The notes under the pieces are model-generated. The model did no database searches. It saw nothing but the letters and a program-made list of their open reading frames with translations, and was not told the origin of the DNA. From contig NC_088792.1 in assembly GCF_011386835.1 (NCBI RefSeq), positions 162,750,001 to 162,814,000 of the forward strand: 64,000 nucleotides of DNA, written 5' to 3'. This DNA comes from Chrysemys picta bellii. Lineage: Eukaryota. Shown here in pieces: positions 8,423 through 19,335 of this stretch (its first letter is position 1; each line of letters begins with the position of its first letter). A program made the position numbers and the translations under genes.

Positions 8423-11400
8423 GGACTGGAGTCTCCCTACACAAATGGAGCCTATGGCGCACCTGGGGCTGCTCCACACTATGCTAATCTGCCACAGTCA
8501 AACACTTACTATTCTGGGCACTCTCGGGCCTCCTACCCGGCAGAGTCTCCGAGCATGTACCGACCGCCATCGGCAGCCTCGCATTGGCATTATCCCCCAC
8601 CAGACTGCCCCCCGGAAGGCCCCTCTCTCAGGAGGCAGGCCCCAGGATACTCCCCACCACCGGTAAGGAAGCTAGTACAAGAAATACATGCTTCCTTTGG
8701 GAATATGCTTGGGGCTGGTGTGAGTACAACTCAGCTCACTATTGGATATAGCCCTTCTGGAGCAAAGGTTGGCATATGCTTGCCTAAGGGCAGCCTGCCC
8801 CTGCAGCTATCAGCCATTCAGGTCTGAGCCCTAGAAGTGCACTACTTAGCTGGTGCTCCTGGCTCCAGCACGGGAAATGTTTATCCTGAGGCTCATCTCA
8901 TGCCCCAGGTCTCTCATCTCTTGCAACACAGCCCAGTATCTTGACTGACACTGTGCTGACTTAGACTGCAGCTAAACTACATAAATGGCCAAGAGATCCA
9001 GCCATGCCCACTCTTATAAAGATGTGTAACCACTCCCTTGGCCTAGGACTTATAATTAATAGGCTGACATGTCAGAGCCAAGGTAGCTGGTCTTTGTGGC
9101 TCTTCACAAGGAGTGTTTAGTAGGAGTGGAGAAGCACGTCAACAGGTATTTTCAATGACTGAATGAACATGACTTTGAAGGTACTACCTTCATTTCCCTC
9201 TTCCTGCAGACCCCAGGTATGCCTGTCCCACACTATCCATATGGAGGAGATACCAACCCTGGCATTCCACAGCAAGGGCCACCACCACAACCAAGACCCC
9301 AGGATGAATCGTGGGCTTCCTCTGGCATCTATGGAATGCAGCCACGTTACGCCTGGCCTGCTGCTTCGACACCCCAAGGAAGTCCATTTGTTTCAGAATC
9401 CTCTCCATCCTGGCCTGGCAATGGAGCCCCTTCTCCTCATCCTCCAGCTCATGATACAAAGGTAAAGATTTAATGCTTTCAAGATTCTTTGACACTTTCT
9501 GGTGCCTATCTTAACCCAGCCATGTGGGCCACTGCACAGCAGTGCAAAAATCCCTTCACCAGAAGCTAAGCGTGCTGCTTTTACAGTGCTTCTAGCTCCC
9601 GCTGGTGCAGGGAAGAAGAGATCTTGCTTGGAAATCCAATCCTGTTTAGTATTTACGTACTGCTTTTACAACTTCCGAACGCTGTACAAGGCTAAATAAT
9701 TGTAGAGTGAGTCTGTCAGTCAGGGTGAGCTCTCTGACTGCAGGTCTGTGATCAGACCACTAGACTACACTGCCTCCCTGAAAAACACATGTATTTTTCA
9801 TTTCTTTGAAGTGCTTCCACCTTTCTCCCCCTCTGTTAAAGCAATGGGTTCATACTACATAGAAACAAACTAATAAAAACTAGGAATTCTCATAATATTT
9901 TAGATCCATTAACTTGGATATCCATAAATAATATCCAGAGTTATACTTAATGCAAAAAACTAAAGGGAGGTATTGGAGGGGATATCAGATCTCATGCTCC
10001 AGGTCTTAAAACAGTCTCTCATTAGTAGGGATTAGGATGAGACCTTTATGGGGGGCAGATCATCCCATATCTGCGTGCTGCAGGGTTTCTTGCATCTTCC
10101 TCTGAAGCATCTGGTGCTGGTCACTGGGAGCCAGGAGACTGGACTAGAAGGACCTGTCCTGAGCCACACGCAATTGCTGTGTTCCTGTCCAAGTGAACTC
10201 CTGGACACAGGAATCCTTTATTAGAGACTTTACTAAAAATTAATGTTGTGGGAATAACAGATTCTGTTCCTTCCTAGTCTCACCATTCTCCTCTTTACAG
10301 TTAGAGGCCCTGGCTACACCAGGATCAGATCTCTGGAAGGTACAACTGTGTTGACAAAGTACTTGCTAGCAGGGTTCTAATGTGGAGGGATAGCTCAGTG
10401 GTTTGAGCATTGGCCTGCTAAACCCAGGGTTGTGAGTTCAGTCCTTGAGGGGGCCACTTGGGGATCTGGGGCAAAAATCAGTACTTGGTCCTGCTAGTGA
10501 AGGCAGGGGGCTGGACTCAATGACCTTTCAAGGTCCCTTCCAGTTCTAGGAGGTGGGATATCTCCATTAATTATTATTTTTATTATCAATAGCATGGCCA
10601 TGAATTTGTCATCTGGGAATAGTTATAAAATTGTGTAATACACTCCATTTCCAGGGAGTGTATATCTCTCATGATCCTCTGAAATACATCCATACTTACC
10701 AGAGGAATTGGGCTAGAATCCTGCTAGCAAATATCATGGTTAAACATAGCTGTAGCAAGCATAATCCTGACCCGACTGTGGACTATTTCACAGCTGTCGC
10801 ATTGTCATTCTGCAGACACAGAGTTTTGTGAACCAGATGTGGTTCCTCTAACTAGTTTGTTCTTAAATAGGTCAAAGACTTGAGCACTAGCTGTCTCTGA
10901 GTATTCCTTCTTTGGCTTGTTTATTGGCAGCAATGCTTATGTAAGAAGGTTATGTGAGTTTCACTTTATTAGGTCACAGCATATTATGACATCAAGGTGG
11001 ATGACAGTCTCAAAGTGCAGGCCTCATCCTGAGTAACTTCCATTGCCTGAACCCTTTTTGCACTGCCATCCTGGGCATGCTGCACATCTTCCAAATGAGC
11101 AGGGAGGCAGACTGGCCCTGCTGCTCAGAGATCTGCTTGCATTCCCTCTTTGATGCAGGATGTGGGATAAGAAAACTGATGTTGAAGGAAACACATTTTA
11201 AAACCTCTGCTTGTTTCTGATTTAGGATACTACTTATGACAAACCAGACCAAGGAGCAAACCACAACAACTACTTCCCAGAAGTCAATCATCAGCCCTCT
11301 GGGACTATGAATGATCATAAGTCAACTCAATTCAACACCAAACCATCCCATTTCAATCCCAAAGTGCAATACAGTGCACAGCCCCAAATGTATGATAATG

Positions 11401-11723
11401 TACCTAGGAAACCACCTTTGAACCAGGATGCAGGTTTTAAACCCAGCGACCAGCCTTTGTCAAAATCCCTGGGAATGCAGGCAGGGATTCAAAGAGTTAT
11501 GCAAGTTATGGAGGAGGTCGAGCAGTTGGAGCAAGAGGTGGATGAATTTGTAGGAAAAAAGACAGACAAAGCATACCGGCTCCTGGAGGAAATGCTGACC
11601 AAGGAGCTGTTGGAACTGGATTCCATAGAGACTCGTGGCCAGGACAATGTTCGACAGGCTAGGAAGGAGGCTGTTCATAGAATCCAGGCCATACTGGAAA
11701 AACTGGAAAAAAAGGGATTGTGA
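8423..11723 (+). CDS. BAG4: BAG cochaperone 4 (SODD), last three coding exons
   Basis: Exons 8423-8662 (80 codons, GLESPYTNGAYG..), 9210-9461 (84 codons, TPGMPVPHYPYG..) and 11226-11723 (DTTYDKP..; BAG domain VEQLEQEVDEFVGKKTDKAYRLLEEMLTKELLELDSIETRGQDNVRQARKEAVHRIQAILEKLEKKGL*). All junctions AG/GT, phase 0. They correspond to human exons 3-5; exons 1-2 were not found in the window. Confidence 0.95.
9975..10160 (+). mobile_element. CR1 3'UTR fragment
   Basis: Similar to the CR1 3'UTR at 25690-25890 (tgaagcatctggtgctggtcactg..ggactagaaggacc). Confidence 0.6.
10384..10575 (+). mobile_element. tRNA-derived turtle PolIII SINE with CR1-like tail
   Basis: A box GGATAGCTCAGTGG, B-box-like GTGAGTTCAGTCC, followed by CR1-type 3' end ggactcaatgacctttcaaggtcccttccagttct. 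Confidence 0.85.
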
Positions 11724-13497
11724 AAGACCGATGGTAACAACTCAAGGCCTGCTATGGACATCCCAAAGCGCTCTGGTTAGGCTTAATTCTCAGCCTGCTT
11801 CTAACTACTTCGTTGACCACGAAAAGCAATAAAGTCTGACTATACTTTAATTTTTTTTAAACCCAAAAATGATAAATTGGCTATGGACGAATGAAGGCAG
11901 GATTGAAACATCAGTCCTGAATTTTCAGGTGGTTGTTCCAGGCCAACGAATGTACAGACAACTATGGAATTCTGACACTGCCAAACAAAGTGCTTTTGCC
12001 TGTGTGGGTGTCTACGTGCTTTTCATCAGCAGGAGAGGAATCTGTTGTATGGAACAGACTTTTCTGTACTAGGCCAAATGTGTGTCTGTAGATGCCACCT
12101 GCTGCCCCATGGCTTCTTAAACAGCTGGAATTTCTGTTAGTTACAAAGGCATTGCCACACACAGCAAGTACAACAAGACTTCAGGCTCTTGGACCACAAT
12201 TCTTGTGTATTATTTACAGCTTCATCACTCTAGTCATTGAGATTGATGTGTATTGTTCTGTGTCTTTTTGGTGCACGCTGTAGTACTGTCTTGAAGTACT
12301 GGTGGAAGAGACCATATTAGGTCAATATGGCAACTTCACACTGTTTTCTTCTATATATTGAAGAGCTATTCAGTGATGTTTTATGTGGGGGAGCGGTAAT
12401 AAGGAACACAATTGGGAGCTTTTGAATTCTGCCTCTAAAAAGGCAGTGGTGCAAATGAGAGATGGCGGCATGATCCTAGGAAGTGAAACATTTGAAAATG
12501 ATTTTTCATGGCAAATTGGGGTAAAAATCCACTTTTTAATTGTAATGTCCTTTCACATAATGCAGTTTTGTATTCCACTATAATCTGCATAACTGGTGGT
12601 TCTGTACAGTGCACTGTGGAGGGGAGAGGTAAATCATCTGCCTTTAACTGGGGGGCTACCACATCTGAAATTAAGTAGTCATTACTGTGTATGACAAGAG
12701 AAAATAAACTCTGGCAAGTTTTAAACATCATTTTGTACTGATAAGAAGTTGGAAGTGACTTTCTTTAAAGTTTGTGTGAAACTATAAATGGAACCTGTTG
12801 TAACCAAAGCACCATACCTGGAATTCTGTCCTTGCAGCAGAGCCTCATGAGACAAGGCAGCAAGTGGCATGGAAATGGTGATATTCGTGATGTTGAAAGG
12901 GGGTTGGTCCTACTTTTGAGATGGCTTGGAGCAGACCAGTTCTGTGAACTCTTTAGCCTTTTGCTCCTGGAACAATGACCCCATTTTCCTGAAGCCATCC
13001 AGCCTGGCATTCTCTATGCTGCTAGTCAGTGCAGTGGAAGATGTATGTCTGCAGATTCTACATCCTTAGCGCACCTGAATTCTGCTGGATGGTACTGACC
13101 TCTCCAAGCGTTCGGATCCATCCTCATAATCATGCATGTGGTTGGCAGTCTAGAAAATGTACTCTGGGCTAATCCAGAAGAGCAGAATAATCAGTCTGGG
13201 CCAATAAATGTTTTGGATTGGAGGACCGTGTTTAATAGCAATCAATGCCTCCTATCAGGCAGAGACCAACCAGGCCTAGCTAATGCTGTTTGGGAAATAA
13301 AGTTGAATCTGATTCCAAAGAGCAGAAGCTATGCTCTAGCTCGTCACTATATTGTAAGCAGCCTCCAGTTCTATGCTAATATAAGCGGGGAGATCTGGTT
13401 ACAAGGACTGAACGTCTGCAGGAAGTAATGGTACATCATTAATGAATTAAACAATGGTTGATGCTACCAGTGCTTCTGAGAATTAATGTTATCCTAG

Positions 13498-13699
13498 TTT
13501 AACACCGACAGACTCCAGTCGGTGGGCAGGATCGAATCTGGGACCTCTGAAGCTTAGTGCGTGAGCCTCTACAGCATGAGCTAAAAGCCAACTGGCTGTT
13601 AGCTAAGGTTGTAGAGCAGACTCATTTGATCTCTCTCTAAGTGGTCTCGGTGCCACTAGATAGGACAGAACACCACACCCAGAAGGTGTGTGGGTTACA
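13498..13699 (-). mobile_element. ~200-bp LTR-like element containing a tRNA-like cassette
   Basis: Termini T(T)TAAC...GTTACA; 4-bp TSD CTAG (13494-13497, 13700-13703). Minus strand has A-box-like TAGCTCATGCTGTAGAG and B-box-like GATTCGATCC. Confidence 0.6.
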
Positions 13700-14295
13700 C
13701 TAGCACTTCCTCACCTGCATGCTTCATGGCAGAATATTTTTTTTATATGTGTGAGAAGTTTACCAAGTAACTACCATTGCTGTCGCAGTTATTTTCCCTG
13801 GAGGAGCTGAGAGAGAAACACCTATTTGTTCTGGGCATTTGTGCTCCTTTAATTTAGTGCACAGTTTAAATACCCTGGTGCTAGGAATGTTAAATCCTTA
13901 GTGCAATTGCTGTTGGATCCTAGCTGTGTCTCTATAATGTGCTTAAAATTTTCCCAGAAATTACTGCTTCAGGCTCACAGAAGAAATCTAAGATTTAGCA
14001 GAAACTGTGTTTTTGAAAGGGAACATGAGTATCGGTACAAAAGTTCCAGGAAGGAAAAGGCTTCTTTGCTAAGATGAAGTTAGCGAGACAAAAATTGTAC
14101 AGAAAAATACTCCACTTGCTGTAACCTTACAAAATTAATGGCATAGCTTAGCTCCTCTTCCTCAAATTCTCTGGTGACCTAGAGTAGCGCAGTCATTGTA
14201 CAGGCTGAGGAACCTGCAGCCTCCTCGCTAGAAGTAAAATGGTCAAAACAGTCTAGTGACTTATGTAAATTAATGTAACTTTGCCGAGCAACTTT

Positions 14296-14900
14296 TCATA
14301 GAAATGTAGGGATGGAAGGGACCTCAAGAGGTCATCAAGTCCAGCCCCTGTGCTGAGGCAGGACGAAGTAGACCTAGACCTGAGAGGTGTTTGCCTAACC
14401 TGTACTTAAAAATCTCCAGTGACGGGGATTCCACAATGTCCCTCGGAAGCCTATTCCAGTATTTAACCTCTGATAACTACTCTTTGAGTATGGACTTTCA
14501 ACCAGTTATATACCCACCTTATGGTAATTTCACCTAAACCATATTTCCCTAATTTCATTATGAGAATGTCATGGGGGACTGTGTCGAAAGCTTTACTAAA
14601 ATCAAGATATCACCTATATTGCTTATCCATTAGGCCAGTAAGCCTGTTAAAGAAGGAAATTAGATTGCGGGGGGGGGGGGGGGGGGTTGCATGCTTTTGT
14701 TTGGCATATCCATGCTGATTAAATTGGTTGTTTAATAATTTGTTCCAGTATCTTTCCAGGTATCAAAGTTAAGCTGACTGGCCTAGAATTCCCCAGGGCC
14801 TCTTATGTTCCCTTTTTTAAAGATAGTACTACGTTTGCCCTTTCACCCTATGCAACGTCATCTGTCCTCCATGAGTTCTCAAAGATAATCGCTAACGATA
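14296..14900 (-). mobile_element. CR1 LINE fragments
   Basis: tcatagaaatgtagggatggaagggacctcaagaggtcatc.. is an inverted CR1 3' end; downstream sequence matches the reverse complement of the CR1 RT region (ctgtgtcgaaagctttactaaaatcaag). Confidence 0.75.
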
Positions 14901-16648
14901 ACTTTTGTTCCCTCTGACCATAGGCTTTAAAAGCTTTCTTCCATCAGCTAATTAAACACTAATTATATCAACCACTCAAAAGAAATGAAGAGTTAAGGCT
15001 GAGCTCAAACTCCTTGTGACTAATGAGGATTTAAGATGGTGGCATTCTCCTTCTTCTTAGGTCTGAGGTTTTGCCTGTGCATCTTGCATCATTCTGACTT
15101 TGTTAAATTAACTGTGGGCAGTGGGCTTGACCATGTTCTCCTGAGCACCTGCCATCTACGCTGTGGAGTTACGCCATGTGGGCTGTTCAACGCAACATTG
15201 TTTTCTTTGCAGTGAACCCCTCCCTGTCCTGTGTGTTAACACCCACCTTACTACCTTCCAAAAAGGGTTATGCATGCCTGCTGAAATGTCCCCTAAAAAT
15301 GATTTTCAAAATAAAAGTCCCCATTGGACATAAGACTACCTGCTTCATTGAGTTATGCAGCTTAGACTAACAATGTGTGGCATTTATGTCTTATCAATAT
15401 TAATCTTCACAGGTGCCCCATGTGAGGAAGATGAATATTATCATTATTTAAGCTTGCAGAGGGCTCAGGGAGATGGGACACAATTTGAATAGATCCTAAA
15501 GAATCCCGACCCCCAGTACTGTGCTCTAACCGTTCCCTTTTCATGCGTTATTTAGTTTTTTTTAATTGGGGGAAAGATATTAGTCTCTGAGTTGCTCAAG
15601 TGCAGAAGCACTGTGAAGACAAGCTGGGCTTTAAAACATTCTGGCTTATGACTAGCTAGAAAACAGAAGTGCCCATTAAGTTACTTAGTGCTAGCGAACA
15701 CTTTGAAAAGCAGTTTCCAAGTGATGACATCATAACGATGACAACATGGAACAGAACACTAAGCTCATCAAGAAGTCAGGGAGTGGAAATCCAAGAGACT
15801 TGCAAAGTCTATGTTTTCAGTCTCCTCTCCTGCCACTCTGTACCCTTGTGCCTGTGCTGCAAAAAGGCTCACTTTATGAACAGTGCCTGAAAGAGGAGTG
15901 ATACAGAACATACCAGGAGGGGAGAACACTTATCTTTTTTCAGAATGATTTGAACATAGAGATGGGTGAACAAGAAATGGACAGAGGATTTCTTATGTGT
16001 TACGATTATTTTAAATGTAGTTAAGCTTAGTGATGGGAGAGGAAGCCTCACTATCTCAGAGCCTTGCGTATCCTCTGAGCTCAGCTTTTATTAGGCCCCA
16101 ATTCAGTATAGTATTTAAGCAGATGTTTGTGCTTTACTGAATAGGGATGGAACTAAATGCACACTTAAACCATCTGATTAAGTTTCATTAAAGTCAATGA
16201 AACTGAAGCATATGATGACTTGCTTTGCCGAATGGAGGGCCCTCATTATTCATCTGAATCCAAGTGAAAGCAGTTGGTGCATGAAGTTATAGCTCTGAAA
16301 TGCATACACCGTTATGGAAATAAGACTGGATTGTTTCTCAAGAATAGGCATAGAGGGTTTTTTAAAATAACATGGTTTTAGAATTGTAGCTGCACCTCAG
16401 CCTTTGTGCTGCTTTTCTCTGAGGATACTGTATTTTAAGTGTAAGCTCTATAGCAGTTAGTTATTTACAGGTAAGTGATGAGATGAAGCTGTGATTAGAT
16501 TCAATAAGAATTTGAGATTCACTGAACTTACTCTTTAGCTTCTGGTTTCCTTTTATTAAAAGCCACATTAAGAACAAAATTGCTGTGCCTCCTACAGTCC
16601 AATTTCTTTAATAGTGATTTCCAGAATTCTCTCACTTGGTATGCAACT

Positions 16649-16744
16649 TGCATCTTGCATCTGAAGAAGTGAGGTTCTTACCCACGAAAGCTTATGCTCC
16701 CAGTACTTCTGTTAGTCTCAAAGGTGCCACAGGACCCTCTGTTG
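16649..16744 (+). mobile_element. Penelope-like element terminal fragment
   Basis: gcatctgaagaagtg..cacgaaagcttatgc..gttagtctcaaaggtgccacagg; flanked by a perfect 14-bp duplication CTTGGTATGCAACT (16635-16648, 16745-16758). Confidence 0.8.
16657..16697 (+). ncRNA. Minimal type I hammerhead ribozyme motif (Penelope-associated)
   Basis: Helix I GCAU/AUGC; core CUGAAGA plus an extra A; helix II GUG(A)GGU-UCUU-ACC-CAC; GAAA; palindromic helix III AAGCUU; predicted cleavage after CUU at 16693. Confidence 0.7.
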
Positions 16745-16978
16745 CTTGGTATGCAACTGTTAGTCACCAGTCAGCTTTAACTGAAGATTTCTGATAACAC
16801 AGAGGATCATAGAGCAATCCTGGACTGCCTCACCAGCTAATAGATAACATAACAATGTGGTGAGCCAGTGCTGAAGAACAACATACACATTCAACTGCTT
16901 TATAATCTGCGGTGCTCTATGGACTGGGACAAAGGTTTACTACCGCTGACACGGGGCAAGAATTACATCAGTCTATAC

Positions 16979-17288
16979 CGGGGTAGGCAACCTATGGCAT
17001 GTGTGCCAAAGGCGGCACGCAAGCTGATTTTCAGTGGCACTCACACTGCCCGGGTCCTGGCCACCGGCCCGGGGGGCTCTACATTTTAATTCAATTTTAA
17101 ATGAAGCTTCTTAAACATTTTAAAAACCTTATTTACTTTACATACAACAATAGTTTAGTTATATATTATAGACTTATAGAAAGAGACCTTCTAAAAACTT
17201 TAAAATGTATTACTGACACACCAAACCTTAAATTAGAGTGAATAAATGAAGACTTGGCACACCACTTCTGAAACGTTGCCAACTCCTG
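16979..17288. mobile_element. hAT-Charlie-type MITE
   Basis: Termini CGGGGTAGGCAAC...GTTGCCAACTCCTG; perfect 8-bp TSD GTCTATAC (16971-16978, 17289-17296). Confidence 0.9.
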
Positions 17289-17894
17289 GTCTATACATTC
17301 CAAGGGAACAGTCCAAGAATGTGCCTGGTATTTGGGAGTCAAAGTCGGAGGAGGAGATGGGGCTTTTTCTTTTTTAAATTAAAAAGCTGAACCACCAACA
17401 AAAATGATAGGTAATGTGGCCTGAAAACCAATATTGGTTGTAATTGCCTGTGTGAATGTGGCTGAATAGATATTAGCTAGCCTTTTAGAAGATGATCCCC
17501 TTTTCTAGGGTTGTAACCCACTGCGTGTGACTTTACAAAATTCAGTGGAAAGGTTTGGAGGAGGAGGAGTGTAGTATTCATACCGAAACACAGGTAAGGG
17601 GAATTAAAATGTCCTGTTTAAAAAAAGGGCTGAAATGTTAGTTTATCCTTTCAGCAAGCTTAGTTACTGAACAGCTCTGTGGAAAGGCGTTATTGGTAGA
17701 TTACACTCTTAGCCAAAGAGCAGCATGCCTTTATCCATCGGACAGATGGCAGCTTTCATTTGTTATAGTGGAAGGTGGACAACTGACAGCTCTGGTGCAG
17801 ATTAAGGCATGCCCTTCTGTTTTCTGGCCTGTAGAAAATTCCGATTGTTATAATGACATTCTGCCTGCCTAAATCCCTACTGCAGTTTCTAGCC

Positions 17895-18870
17895 TCCACA
17901 ACTCTCACAAACTAAGTGGGGTCAAACTGGGTCAGCACTTGGATAGGAGACCTGTGAGGAATACAACAAATTGGCAATGGTGGTACAATAGAAGGTGCTT
18001 TTGGATATTGAATGAGTGGCCCACAGAAAATAGGAGTACTGTGCTATTGGAGGTAGCTATCTGTCTTTCAGACAAAATGTAAAACTGTGGTTCTTCCATA
18101 GCACTTTTCAAAAGAATTATCCCCAGTGTCCTTGTCCTACTGTGGTAATTATATTCTGCTGTCTTAAATTCCTCTTCAGTTCAACCAGACTTTATTCTTC
18201 ATTTCTTGCCTTAAAACTATTCGAGTGCACTGTCATGTTGCACTACAGTGGTAAGTTAAGTGATCTCTGTGTATGTGTTTGTTAGGGTTACCATATTTAA
18301 AAATTAAAAAAAGAGGACACTCCACGGGGCCCTGGCCTGGCCCCTACTCCGCCCCTTCCCAAAACTCTCCGCCCCTTCCCAAAATCCGCCCCCTCCCCTG
18401 AGCACCCCGCATCTCCCTCCCAGCCATGTGAAACAGCTGCCCGAGCGCTACCGGCTTCACGGTTTGCCAGGCAGCCTCCAGACCCTGCGCCCCTGGCCGG
18501 GCGCTTCCCCAGCGCAGCCAGAGCCCGGGAGGGGAAGCGCCCAGCCGGGGGCGCAAGGTCTGGAGGTCTGGGGGTGCCCAGCAAACTGTGAAGCTGGTAG
18601 CACTCGGGCAGCTCGGCTCTTCAGCTACACAAAGCTGAGGTGTCTGGGGGGAGCAGCAGCAGCCGCTGCTGTGGGGGAATCCGCCTGCAGCTCGCAGCCT
18701 GCCAGAGCAGCTCTAAGGTAAGTACGGGACTAGTATTTTCCCGGACATGTGCGGCTTTTTGGCAATTCCCCCCGGACGGGGATTTGAGGACCAAAAAGCC
18801 GGACATGTCCAGGAAAATCCAGATGTATGGTAACCCTAACTGTATTTGTAAGGCACTTTGTGATCCTTCT
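17895..18870 (+). mobile_element. AmnSINE1-like 5S-headed Deu-SINE, interrupted by a hAT MITE
   Basis: 5S-like head (aaactaagtggggtcaaactgggtcagcacttggataggagacc); Deu-domain-like body (gtgctattggagg..tctttcagacaaaatgtaaaac..gtaattatattctgc..aaattcc); tail tgtaaggcactttgtgatcc resumes after 18838. Confidence 0.65.
18283..18838. mobile_element. hAT MITE with GC-rich interior
   Basis: TIRs TAGGGTTACCATA...TATGGTAACCCTA; subterminal aaaaagaggacac/ccggaca motifs. The TSD is not clean. Confidence 0.8.
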
Positions 18871-19215
18871 AAATGTAAGACAGTATGGAAATGTACAATC
18901 ATTAGCACAAGGAATTCAAATAGTGGAACACTCAGTCGAGTGCTGCTGTTAAAACCACAGCCAGCAAGGCCAGAATGGGCTACTAATCTACATGAATCTC
19001 TACAGTGATGGTGCCTTTGCCACCCATACAACAAGCTTGTCTCATAAATCCACCCCTGGAAATAGAAGCTCAAGTAAAAAGCACTTTGAGTCTCTCTACA
19101 AAGACAAAACCCTTCCAATTTATTTTGTTTCAAAAAGCACCATTTGTTTCGAAATATGCACAATCCTATTCATATTAAGCCACTAGGTTGTATTGATAAG
19201 CCACAATGCATGCAA

Positions 19216-19335
19216 AAAGAACAGGAGTACTTGTGGCACCTTAGAGCTTATGCTCTAATAAATTTGTTAGTCTCTAAGGTGCCACAAGTACTCCTGTTCT
19301 TTTTGCGGATACAGACTAACATGGCTGCTACCCTG
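19216..19335. mobile_element. Penelope-like inverted terminal fragment
   Basis: 35-bp perfect inverted repeat (19212-19246 vs 19272-19306), then gcggatacagactaacatggctgctacc; 11-bp flanking duplication AATGCATGCAA (19205-19215, 19336-19346). Confidence 0.8.

Noticed and set aside
10384-10460. tRNA gene
   Set aside because: The tRNA-like head continues into a CR1-derived SINE tail without a full cloverleaf.
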